A stretch of 62,170 nt of DNA, counting the filler. It is 3 parts of 3 records of this genome, joined end to end, with 100 filler letters (N's around TTAATTAATTAA, not from the genome) between each part and the next. Parts side by side here need not be neighbours in the genome. Positions count along the whole stretch, not along the records: positions 27,621 to 54,434 come from SRR31156797_1860; positions 54,535 to 62,170 come from SRR31156797_1890; 1 more part is not named here. One strand, written 5' to 3'. A model generated the notes under the pieces. That model ran no database searches and was not told the origin of the DNA. It saw only the letters and a list, made by a program, of their open reading frames with translations. Within the stretch, counting starts at the first letter, position 1; every line of letters starts with the position of its first letter. Made by a program: the position numbers and the translations under genes. This document shows, one piece after another, positions 51,481 to 60,404 of the stretch.

Positions 51481-52377
51481 TTAGCGCTCATCTCCTGCAT
51501 GAAATGTAGAAGCGAGTGCAGGCAAAAAAAGAGACTGTTTCTTGTCACGAAGAACATGGATGTGAACTCCCGGGCGTTCATACCGTTCAATGTCACGATG
51601 GACCATGTAGGAAAACTGCATGGTATCATCCTGTTTGAACGGCATGTGATAAATCACAATATCGCGGGGACGAAATATTTCATTGATTATTTCTTGTCCG
51701 CTGGGGTTGTGATAAAAAATAGGGTTTACAAAAACGGCATCTAGGACCACATCCGCCAAAGCATTTTCAAAATACGCCGAAACATAGTCGGCGTCCCCGG
51801 TAAACAGAAGGTTTTTCCCGGCCAACGTCAACAGGAAGCAATCGTTGCGAATAGCTGCATATTGCGGCCCCATATGCCGTGCACCAATTACGGTAACTAT
51901 CAAATCGTCCGTGAGCGCGACCCGTTTCGTCTCTCCTGGCTCCAATCCTAATGGCCAGTAGGGGATCGCAAGTTCCCGTGCTTGGTTGAGCAGGAGAGAA
52001 AGGCTCGGCGATCCCTGGCTCTCAGGTGGGAGAAAAAGCCCTTTTACCAATCTGAACTGTAGATATTTCGATACATAGTGGGGAGCAAAATGGTCTGGAT
52101 GCTCATGGGTGAACAACAGATAATCGAGGTTTGCGAAAATACCCGCCCCACGGCGCATGAGCTGTATGTCGCTTTCGGCGACCCGACTGAATGGATGTCC
52201 ATCTTCATGGTGGATTCCATCCACAAGGAGTCCGACACCGTTATGTTCGATCAAGACCCCTGCGTTAGCGATAAGAGTTATCTTGACGCAATCATTTCCG
52301 CTTTTCTGGCCCCCAAGAAAAGGCGATCCCCTGCCATGAAGGCGTCTTGCCCCCCTAGGGCCGTGCTTGATATTCAT
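51481..52377 (-). CDS. MBL-fold metallo-hydrolase
   Basis: THEHPDHF (HxHxDH), HMG, FTGDA, YHMP. Confidence 0.85.
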   Translation of the reverse strand: MNIKHGPRGARRLHGRGSPFLGGQKSGNDCVKITLIANAGVLIEHNGVGLLVDGIHHEDGHPFSRVAESDIQLMRRGAGIFANLDYLLFTHEHPDHFAPHYVSKYLQFRLVKGLFLPPESQGSPSLSLLLNQARELAIPYWPLGLEPGETKRVALTDDLIVTVIGARHMGPQYAAIRNDCFLLTLAGKNLLFTGDADYVSAYFENALADVVLDAVFVNPIFYHNPSGQEIINEIFRPRDIVIYHMPFKQDDTMQFSYMVHRDIERYERPGVHIHVLRDKKQSLFLPALASTFHAGDER

Positions 52378-52393
52378 CTATAGTTCAGAAAAG

Positions 52394-53254
52394 TTATGCT
52401 GTCATGGCTGCAAAACTCTCAGCTGCATGATACGAACTGCGTACCAATGGTCCTGCAACGACTTGTTTGAATCCGAGCTCATGCCCGATAGCCGCCAATT
52501 GGTCGAATGTATCTGGATGAACGTATTCCTTCATCGGGTGGTGTTGGGGAGATGGCCGCAGATACTGCCCCAAGGTCAGAATCTGGCATTCAGACTGAAG
52601 TAAATCTTTCATAACCTCAACCACTTCTTCCAAAGTCTCACCCAGGCCGAGCATCAAGCCTGATTTGGTCGCGATGTGTTGATCAGGACACGCCAAAGAC
52701 ACCTTCTTGAGCAACCGTAAGGACTGTTTGTAAGCGGCCCCTGGCCTTACCGACGAATAAATACGGGGAACGGTTTCCAAATTATGGTTGATCACATCCG
52801 GTACAGCCGAGATGACTTGGCTGAGAGGAGTGTCCTGCCCTTTGAAATCGGGGACAAGGACTTCCACTGTGGCATTCGGATTTTCTCGTTTGACAGCCTT
52901 TATTGTCGCAGCAAACTGGCTGGCTCCACCATCCGGCAGGTCATCACGGGTCACGGACGTAACAACGACATGTTTGAGTCCCAGTTGACTGGCAGTGAGA
53001 GCGACCATGTAAGGTTCTTTGGGATCAGGGCTAGAAGGTCGTCCATGTGTTACCGCACAAAAAGCGCAATTTCGTGTGCAAACATCACCTAAAATCATAA
53101 ACGTGCATGTTTTGTTGGCAAAGCACTCACCTATATTCGGACACTGGGCGCTTTCACATACAGAATGAAGTTGGCCTTTATCCAGCAGTGCCTGGATGCG
53201 GTCCATGTCATGTGTATTGGGGGCTGGAAGCACCAGCCAACTAGGTCGTTTCAA
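52394..53254 (-). CDS. lipA: Lipoyl synthase (start probably TTG 53254, overlapping the lipB stop)
   Basis: AAGGAGG RBS; CESAQCPNIGEC, CTRNCAFC, NHNLETV, VRSSY. Confidence 0.95.
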   Translation of the reverse strand: MKRPSWLVLPAPNTHDMDRIQALLDKGQLHSVCESAQCPNIGECFANKTCTFMILGDVCTRNCAFCAVTHGRPSSPDPKEPYMVALTASQLGLKHVVVTSVTRDDLPDGGASQFAATIKAVKRENPNATVEVLVPDFKGQDTPLSQVISAVPDVINHNLETVPRIYSSVRPGAAYKQSLRLLKKVSLACPDQHIATKSGLMLGLGETLEEVVEVMKDLLQSECQILTLGQYLRPSPQHHPMKEYVHPDTFDQLAAIGHELGFKQVVAGPLVRSSYHAAESFAAMTA

Positions 53255-53957
53255 GATAGTCCTCCTTGATGAACTGTTCCAGGTTGCCGAAACGCATGGA
53301 AAGCTGAAAAATGTCTGAAAATTGCCTACGCATCTCACTTCGCACGGCATTAATATCAATGGAGTGCCCTAGGACTTCAGCCATTGAGGTCACACCGTTG
53401 GAAGCAATACCGCAAGGAACGATGAATGAAAAATGTTGGAGATCGGGACACACGTTGAGTGCAATGCCATGCATTGTGATCCATTTACGGACAGCAATCC
53501 CCATAGCTCCGATTTTCAGATTCTCAACCCACACACCAGGGAATTTTGATTTTCGCCCTGCCACTATACCAAATGTGCGTAAAGTCCTAATCATGACTTC
53601 TTCCATTTTACGTGCATAAGCATGGAGATCGCGTTGTTCCCCCTCCAGAGAAAAAATCGGGTAACAAACAAGCTGCCCGGGGCCATGATAGGTAATATCT
53701 CCACCCCTGGGTGTCTCATGCACAGTGATACCGTATTTTTCCAAAACGGCTTTGTCTGCAAGCAGATTATGGTAGCCGCCACTACGGCCAATAGTGATGC
53801 AGGGAGAATGTTCCAGCATGATTACCACATCGGGAATTCCCCCCTGCTGCCTCTTGTTACGAAGAACTTCCTGCAGACGACACATCTCTGGATATTCGCA
53901 TCTGGAAAAATTCAGCCAAAGGCTGCTTTTATTGATTTTCTTATCTCTAATTATCAT
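53241..53957 (-). CDS. lipB: Octanoyltransferase
   Basis: LEHSP, RGGDITYHGPGQLV, KIGAMG, HGIALN, IVPCG. Confidence 0.95.
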   Translation of the reverse strand: MIIRDKKINKSSLWLNFSRCEYPEMCRLQEVLRNKRQQGGIPDVVIMLEHSPCITIGRSGGYHNLLADKAVLEKYGITVHETPRGGDITYHGPGQLVCYPIFSLEGEQRDLHAYARKMEEVMIRTLRTFGIVAGRKSKFPGVWVENLKIGAMGIAVRKWITMHGIALNVCPDLQHFSFIVPCGIASNGVTSMAEVLGHSIDINAVRSEMRRQFSDIFQLSMRFGNLEQFIKEDYLETT

Positions 53958-53999
53958 TGTCTTTATTTAAATTTTGACGAAACACGCTGCACTGTCAAT

Positions 54000-54015
54000 T
54001 GCAAAATGTACGCCA
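54000..54015 (-). promoter_or_regulatory. Sigma54 promoter of lipB-lipA-MBL
   Basis: Minus strand TGGCGTACATTTTGCA, close to consensus TGGCAC-N5-TTGC. Confidence 0.75.
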
Positions 54016-54334
54016 TAACGAGAACTCACTCGCCAGATCTCTGGAAAAATGGTACACGAAAAAATTTATCGAATACATCTCTCAACATCAAACTCAGCAG
54101 ACAGGTTATCAGACAGAGGTACCTTCTGGTTGAAGAGAATCTAAAGAGATATGGGAAAAACAAATCGAACGGCAATTGAGTTTTCCCTCAATTGACACAA
54201 CAATGTTGCCGCACATAGTGACAGATGGTTCGTTGGGAAAATAGATTTCTGACGGGACTTTTCTCGGGACATATAGAGGAAAGCCTTTCAAAATTAAAAA
54301 AGGATGAAACATATTCAGAAAAGCTGTTCAGCAC

Positions 54335-54351
54335 TGCTCCATATGCGTACA
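54335..54351. promoter_or_regulatory. Candidate AcoR-type UAS upstream of lipB
   Basis: TGCTC-catatgc-GTACA, ~320 bp from the sigma54 site. Confidence 0.4.
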
Positions 54352-54434
54352 AGCAGGTTGAATAACTATATTGTTGCTCTCTTTTCCTGCCTGATCTCAC
54401 GCAAAGGTAAGCGTAGACTCCGGGTAAGCGTAGA

Positions 54435-54534
54435 NNNNNNNNNNNNNNNNNNNNNNNNNNNNNNNNNNNNNNNNNNNNTTAATTAATTAANNNNNNNNNN
54501 NNNNNNNNNNNNNNNNNNNNNNNNNNNNNNNNNN
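54435..54534. other. Artificial contig linker
   Basis: N44-TTAATTAATTAA-N44. Confidence 0.98.
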
Positions 54535-54612
54535 TTTTTCAAAGAGAAACTAGAAACTATTACTCTTTGGAAGAGTTATGGAATGAAGCTAAGGAGTTAG
54601 TAAGAAGATAAT

Positions 54613-55029
54613 ATGGAATACGCTGTTATATTTCTTTTAGTTTTTTTAGAGACAAGTGTTTATGTAGATTTTCCATATAATGCGGTAGCAATTAGTTTTG
54701 TAGGTTATATTACATCAAAAAAAGAGTTCGGAGCTATACCGTATGCGGTTATTACAGGTATAATAGTAGGATTATCCGGCTATCATGTTGAACGGCCGGT
54801 TGTTTTTTTGATTATACTAGTTGTTATTTTAAGATATGTGTATAAAGTACTTATGTTTGATAAAGTAACTTTATATCTTATTAGCGCTCTTGAACTGGTG
54901 ATGTATTTTATATATATCTATTTTTTTGAGTTCAAAGATATTAAACCAATATATTTTGTCAAAGAGTTTTTCTTTATTTTTCTGATGAACTATGTATTGT
55001 ATAAAGCAGATAAAAAAGAGAGAATTTAA
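54613..55029 (+). CDS. MreD-like membrane protein
   Basis: Hydrophobic 138-aa ORF with a 'GIIVGL' helix, directly upstream of PBP2; call rests on position. Confidence 0.55.
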   Translation: MEYAVIFLLVFLETSVYVDFPYNAVAISFVGYITSKKEFGAIPYAVITGIIVGLSGYHVERPVVFLIILVVILRYVYKVLMFDKVTLYLISALELVMYFIYIYFFEFKDIKPIYFVKEFFFIFLMNYVLYKADKKERI

Positions 55030-55041
55030 GGTGTAGTAAAT

Positions 55042-56832
55042 ATGAAAAAAACAAAAAAGAAAAATCTTGATATAAATTTAGTAAAAAATCAAAGTCGTAA
55101 AGTACGTGTGAATATATTTAGAATATTGATTATACTGGTTTATATTTTAATTGCAATCAGGCTTTTTTATATGCAAGTATTAAATAGCGAAAATTATAGA
55201 GAAAAAGCACAAAAAAACAGAATTAGAATAAGAAGAATAGACGCTCCAAGAGGAAAGATATATGATAGAAATGGAGAGCTTCTTGCAAGAAATACAGCAG
55301 GATATAGATTAGTATATCTAAATGGTAGAAGATATGATGACGAAGTGTTAGAGTCAATATCAGAATTATTATCTATTGATAAAAAATTTATAGAAAAAAG
55401 AATTAAGAATGGTGAAATATATAGATATACTGGTGAAAACGTACTAATTGATGATTTAGAAGTTAGTAAAGCACATCAGATTATGGAAAAATTAGGAAAT
55501 TATCCGTATCTTGACGTAATATCATACTCAAAAAGAAACTATGTATATGACAAGGTTGCGTCTCATTTATTAGGGTATGTTAAATCTATAACAAAAGATG
55601 AGTATGAGAAAGTTAAAGATAACCCTTTATATACTCCTAGAAGTTTAGTCGGAAAAAAAGGGATAGAAAAAGAATATGATGAATTACTTCAAGGACAAGA
55701 CGGGTATGAGTATATTGAAGTAAACGCTTACAATAAAATTGTTAAAAAAATAAAAAACGGGAAAGTAATTCCCGGAAGAGACCTGTATCTGACTATTGAT
55801 ATTAGGTTACAAAAACACATAACAGATTATTTAAAAGATGAGAAGGCTTCTTTTTTAGCAATGGATGCAAAAACAGGTGAAGTAATTACGATGGTTAGCA
55901 GTCCTGAATACTCGCTTAATATGTTTGTTTCAAAATTCGGTGCTAAAGAGTGGAATGAAATATTAAATGATCCTAAGAAACCACTTATTAACAGATTTAT
56001 GGGAAGTAATTTTCCTCCGGGTTCTATATATAAACCGATTGTAGCTTTATCTTTTCTTGAAAATGGAGTAGATCCGAATAAAGAGATTTTTGATCCTGGT
56101 TTTTATAGTATTGGTAAATGGAAATATAAATCATGGAAAAAAGGCGGACATGGTTATGTAGATATGGAAAAATCAATTATCGAATCCGTAAATACATATT
56201 ATTATCAGTTTGCTGATTCACTAGGACATAGAGCTTTAGTAGAAACATCTCAAATGATGGGACTTGGAAAGAAAACTGGAATAGATATTCCTGGCGAAAA
56301 GATTGGAATTTTACCAAATAGTGAATGGAAGAGAAAAGCTGTTGGTGAAGGTTGGTATAAAGGAGATACAGTTAATCTATCAATAGGGCAAGGATATATG
56401 TTAGTTACACCACTTCAGATGTTACTTGCATATGATGTCTTTGCAAATAAAGGAATAGGTTATAAACCTCATCTATTAAAAAAAATAAATGACAGAGTAG
56501 AAGGGGTAAAGGAGATAGAGAAAGAAATCAAAATTGATTACAAAAGTAAAAGATATTATTATGATCTTTTGGACACAGCTATGCAAAAAGTTGTTTCAGA
56601 AGACAATGGAACAGCAAAAAGAATTAGAATGAAAGATGTAAAAATAGCAGCAAAAACAGGATCAGCGCAAAACGCACAATATGCTGACACACATGCATGG
56701 GCGGCAGGATATTATCCAGCTGATAATCCTGAGATAGTGTTTATATCATTTGTTGAAGGTGGCGGTTCCGGAGGATCTGTTGCGGTTAAAGCTGTTGGAG
56801 AATTTATGAAAAAATATTATGAATTGCAGTAG
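55042..56832 (+). CDS. mrdA: Penicillin-binding protein 2
   Basis: TM anchor, APRGKIYDRNG, PPGSIYK (SxxK), SVN (SxN), KTG. Confidence 0.93.
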   Translation: MKKTKKKNLDINLVKNQSRKVRVNIFRILIILVYILIAIRLFYMQVLNSENYREKAQKNRIRIRRIDAPRGKIYDRNGELLARNTAGYRLVYLNGRRYDDEVLESISELLSIDKKFIEKRIKNGEIYRYTGENVLIDDLEVSKAHQIMEKLGNYPYLDVISYSKRNYVYDKVASHLLGYVKSITKDEYEKVKDNPLYTPRSLVGKKGIEKEYDELLQGQDGYEYIEVNAYNKIVKKIKNGKVIPGRDLYLTIDIRLQKHITDYLKDEKASFLAMDAKTGEVITMVSSPEYSLNMFVSKFGAKEWNEILNDPKKPLINRFMGSNFPPGSIYKPIVALSFLENGVDPNKEIFDPGFYSIGKWKYKSWKKGGHGYVDMEKSIIESVNTYYYQFADSLGHRALVETSQMMGLGKKTGIDIPGEKIGILPNSEWKRKAVGEGWYKGDTVNLSIGQGYMLVTPLQMLLAYDVFANKGIGYKPHLLKKINDRVEGVKEIEKEIKIDYKSKRYYYDLLDTAMQKVVSEDNGTAKRIRMKDVKIAAKTGSAQNAQYADTHAWAAGYYPADNPEIVFISFVEGGGSGGSVAVKAVGEFMKKYYELQ

Positions 56833-56946
56833 AACTTAGTTTTATATATTAAAAATTTTTGAAAGAACTTTGTGTAAATATTATTATTTTTCTTATAGAA
56901 GTTGGTTAAAAACATACCAGCTTAGAAAAACAATTGGAGTGATAAT

Positions 56947-57591
56947 ATGTTAAAATCCGTTAAAGAAGGTATCTTGATTCAAGTAAATAACATAGAGAAA
57001 GATTTAATTGACTTGGAAGAAAAAGTATCAAAAGATTTTTTTGATAAAGAAACGGATTTTATCCTTGGCATAGAAGATAAAGAACATTTTCCTAAATTTT
57101 GGGAAATTCTTAGTCAACATTCTCATAATTTAGTGGTTATGCAATATATTAAAGAGGAACCGGTTAAGAAAAAAACACATATTATAAAAAAGAGAATAAG
57201 ATCTGGGCAAAGACTAGAACTTGATGGAGATGTGTTATTATTAGAAGACTTAAACACGGGAGGAGAGCTTGTTGCAACCGGCAATGTATATGTGATAGGA
57301 AAGGCGCTGGGATTTATTCATGCAGGCTCAAAAGGAGATGAAACGGCAACAGTAATAGCTTTGGAGATGAGAGTAAGTCACCTAAAAATAGCAGGTGTTT
57401 TAGCAAAAAACGATGAAGATCATAAAACTAATTTTCCTGAAAGAGCATTTTTGGATGCAAATGGCCAAATGGCAGTAGAGGAAGTAACTTTTCACTCTAA
57501 TCATATACAGGAAGATAATAATGAAAAAGTTGATGAAAAACCAAAAGGGGTATTTAGAAGACTTTTTGGTAAAAAAAAACTAAAAAAATAA
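56947..57591 (+). CDS. minC: Septum site-determining protein MinC with C-terminal amphipathic extension
   Basis: RIRSGQ, GDV..., LNTGGELVATGNVYVIGKALGFIHAG beta-helix motifs. Confidence 0.85.
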   Translation: MLKSVKEGILIQVNNIEKDLIDLEEKVSKDFFDKETDFILGIEDKEHFPKFWEILSQHSHNLVVMQYIKEEPVKKKTHIIKKRIRSGQRLELDGDVLLLEDLNTGGELVATGNVYVIGKALGFIHAGSKGDETATVIALEMRVSHLKIAGVLAKNDEDHKTNFPERAFLDANGQMAVEEVTFHSNHIQEDNNEKVDEKPKGVFRRLFGKKKLKK

Positions 57592-57724
57592 ACAAGAAAA
57601 TAAAGCCGAAAACTGCAAACAATAAAAGTTAAAAGAAAACTAGCTTTATAATTAAAAAAGGTGTTGATTATAAAGAGTGCAGAAAAGTTGGCAACTTATT
57701 TATAAAATTTGTTCGGGGGTTAAA

Positions 57725-59461
57725 ATGAAAAAAAGTGAAAACAAAGAAAACAAGTCGGTTGAGTCCGCAAAACCGAAACCTAAGCAGAAAAAGGAGGAGA
57801 AGTTATATATTTTTCCACTTGGTGGATTGGACGAAGTAGGAAAAAATATGACAGTTGTTCAGTACAGAGATGAAATTATTGTACTTGACGCTGGTTTAAC
57901 TTTCCCTGATGAAAATCTGTTTGGAATTGATCTTGTTATACCTGACTACTCTTATCTTGAAAATAACAAAGATAAGATAAAAGGTTTAGTATTAACGCAT
58001 GGTCATGAGGATCATATAGGTGGAGTAACTTATCTATATCAAAAGATAAGTCCGGAAGTTCCTATTTATGGTGGAAAATTAACACTTGCTTTAACTAAAT
58101 CAAAATTTGATAATTCCATAATTTCAGGAATGAAAGTTAAAATGAATGAAGTTAAGGGAAGAGACAAAGTTAAAATTGGAAAATATTTTGAAATTGAGTT
58201 TATTAGAGTTACGCATTCAATAGCTGATGCATATGCGATATTTATAAAAACTCCTGCTGGAACAATGCTTCATACCGGTGATTTTAAAATTGATTTAACT
58301 CCGGTTGATGGTATTGGTTTAGATTTCCAAAGATTAGCTGCACTAGGTGAAGAGGGCGTTGATGTAATGCTTTCTGATAGTACTAACTCGGAAGTTAAAG
58401 GCTACACTCCATCAGAAAAAAGTGTAGGAGAGGCTCTAAGATATGAGTTTGAAAAAGCTAATGGAAGAATAATAGTTGCTGCGTTTGCTTCTCATATTCA
58501 TAGACTTCAGCAAATAGTTGATGAAGCTGCAAGAGCAGGTAGAAAAATTGCAATTGATGGTAGAAGTATGATTAAAGTATTTGATATTGCAACTGGAATG
58601 GGATATTTAACTATTCCGGAAGGAACAATGGTTTCACTTAAAAGTGTTGAAGGTTTAAAAGATGAAAACGTAGTTATTCTTTGTACCGGAACACAAGGTG
58701 AACCAATGGCTGCATTATCGAGAATAGCTAATAGAATTCACAAACATATAAAAATTAGAGAAAATGATACAGTAATTATATCAGCTACACCAATTCCTGG
58801 TAATGAAAAAGCTGTGTATAATAATATTAATAATTTATTAAAACATGATGCTAATGTTGTTTTCAAAAAAATAGCTGGTATTCACGTATCAGGGCATGGA
58901 AGTCAGGATGAACAAAAATTAATGTTTAATCTTGTAAAACCAAACTTCTTTATACCTGTTCATGGTGAATATAAAATGCTGAAAGCTCATAAAAAAACAG
59001 CGGAAGAGTGTGGAATAGACTCTAAAAATATAGTTATTGCTGCTAATGGAAGCAAAATTGAAATGACAAAATCAGCTATTAATTTAATAGGAAAAGTACC
59101 TGCCGGAGATGTTCTGGTTGATGGATTAGGTGTAGGAGATGTAGGGAATATAGTTCTTAGAGATAGACAACATCTTGCAAAAGATGGTATTGTAATCGTA
59201 GTATTAACTCTTTCAAAAGAGAATGCTACAGTTATTGCAGGACCTGATATTATAACAAGAGGTTTTGTTTATTCAAGAGAATCAGAGTCTCTAATAAGAG
59301 AAGCAACTAATAGAATGAAAGAAGAATTGAAAAAACACGAAGAAAACAATGTAACAGAGTGGTCAGTTCTTAAAGCAACAATTAAGGATACTGCTGGGAA
59401 ATATCTATATGAAATGACTCAGAGAAATCCTATAATTTTACCAATTATAATGGAAATATAA
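57725..59461 (+). CDS. rnj: Ribonuclease J
   Basis: PLGGLDEVGKN, THGHEDHIG, HTGDFK, GTQGEP, IHVSGH, PIILPIIME. Confidence 0.95.
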   Translation: MKKSENKENKSVESAKPKPKQKKEEKLYIFPLGGLDEVGKNMTVVQYRDEIIVLDAGLTFPDENLFGIDLVIPDYSYLENNKDKIKGLVLTHGHEDHIGGVTYLYQKISPEVPIYGGKLTLALTKSKFDNSIISGMKVKMNEVKGRDKVKIGKYFEIEFIRVTHSIADAYAIFIKTPAGTMLHTGDFKIDLTPVDGIGLDFQRLAALGEEGVDVMLSDSTNSEVKGYTPSEKSVGEALRYEFEKANGRIIVAAFASHIHRLQQIVDEAARAGRKIAIDGRSMIKVFDIATGMGYLTIPEGTMVSLKSVEGLKDENVVILCTGTQGEPMAALSRIANRIHKHIKIRENDTVIISATPIPGNEKAVYNNINNLLKHDANVVFKKIAGIHVSGHGSQDEQKLMFNLVKPNFFIPVHGEYKMLKAHKKTAEECGIDSKNIVIAANGSKIEMTKSAINLIGKVPAGDVLVDGLGVGDVGNIVLRDRQHLAKDGIVIVVLTLSKENATVIAGPDIITRGFVYSRESESLIREATNRMKEELKKHEENNVTEWSVLKATIKDTAGKYLYEMTQRNPIILPIIMEI

Positions 59462-59497
59462 ATAAAAATAAAATTAAATAGAGAATGAGGAGATAAA

Positions 59498-59818
59498 ATG
59501 TCATTAAACAGTAAGCAAAGAGCATTTTTAAAAAAGAAAGCTCACGATATAAAAGCAATAGTTAGAGTAGGAAAAGATGGTTTCTCTGAAAATATCGGAA
59601 AAAATCTTGAAACAGCATTGGTTGCAAAAGAGTTAGTTAAAGTAAAAGTTTTACAAAATGCTGAACAAGATGCAAGCGAAATAAGAGAAACAGCTAATAA
59701 ATTGGCAGAAGCTTCTAACTCGGAAGTAGTGGATGTTATAGGAAGAACTGTTGTTTTCTATAAAGAAAATGAGAAAAAAAGAGTATTTTCAGACGAAGTT
59801 AATAAAATCAAGAAATAA
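59498..59818 (+). CDS. yhbY: YhbY / CRM-domain RNA-binding protein
   Basis: LNSKQRAFLKKKAH, VGKDG, ELVKVKVL, IGRTVVFY. Confidence 0.92.
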   Translation: MSLNSKQRAFLKKKAHDIKAIVRVGKDGFSENIGKNLETALVAKELVKVKVLQNAEQDASEIRETANKLAEASNSEVVDVIGRTVVFYKENEKKRVFSDEVNKIKK

Positions 59819-59899
59819 TAGGTTGAAGTTTTGATTTTTCAGTGTTAATACGGAATATTGATCATGATAATCTTATACGAAAAGGCAGGTTTATTTAGA

Positions 59900-60361
59900 A
59901 TGAAAATGGGTATTGTTGCAGGAAATAGGATACTGGATGTTGCTTTCATAGCAGCTTTTGTAGCTCAGTTTTATAAAGTTGTAAGCCCTGTTTTGAAAGG
60001 TGAAGGTCTTCAATTTCACAGATTATTTCAAACAGGAGGAATGCCTAGTTCACATTCATCTACAGTTACATCATTAGCAACTTGTATTGCATTTGTAAAT
60101 GGTGTTCAATCAGTAGAGTTCGCAATTGCTTGTGTATTTGGAACAATTGTAATGTATGATGCAACAGGAATAAGAAGAGCAGCAGGACGTCAGGCGGGAG
60201 TTTTAAACAAAATAATGATCAGTTTAAAAAATAAATATGACTTCAAAGAATTTGAAGCAAACTTAAAGGAACTTTTGGGACATGAACCTATAGAAGTACT
60301 TGTAGGTGCTGTTTTAGGGATTTTAACGGCGTTTTTGTTCAGGTCATATATTTTAGCTTAA
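59900..60361 (+). CDS. Divergent PAP2 family (DUF212) protein
   Basis: TGGMPSSHS, VMYDATGIRR, LKELLGH. Confidence 0.9.
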   Translation: MKMGIVAGNRILDVAFIAAFVAQFYKVVSPVLKGEGLQFHRLFQTGGMPSSHSSTVTSLATCIAFVNGVQSVEFAIACVFGTIVMYDATGIRRAAGRQAGVLNKIMISLKNKYDFKEFEANLKELLGHEPIEVLVGAVLGILTAFLFRSYILA

Positions 60362-60404
60362 GAAGCTTCAAGTTACTACATATAAGAAAAAGAGGGTCAT
60401 TTTT

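Noticed and set aside
53255-53359. Extended lipA N-terminus in the ORF track
   Set aside because: Overlaps lipB; the RBS supports TTG at 53254.
54535-54611. 3' end of an upstream gene (..RNYYSLEELWNEAKELVRR*)
   Set aside because: Too short to identify; cannot be called mreC.
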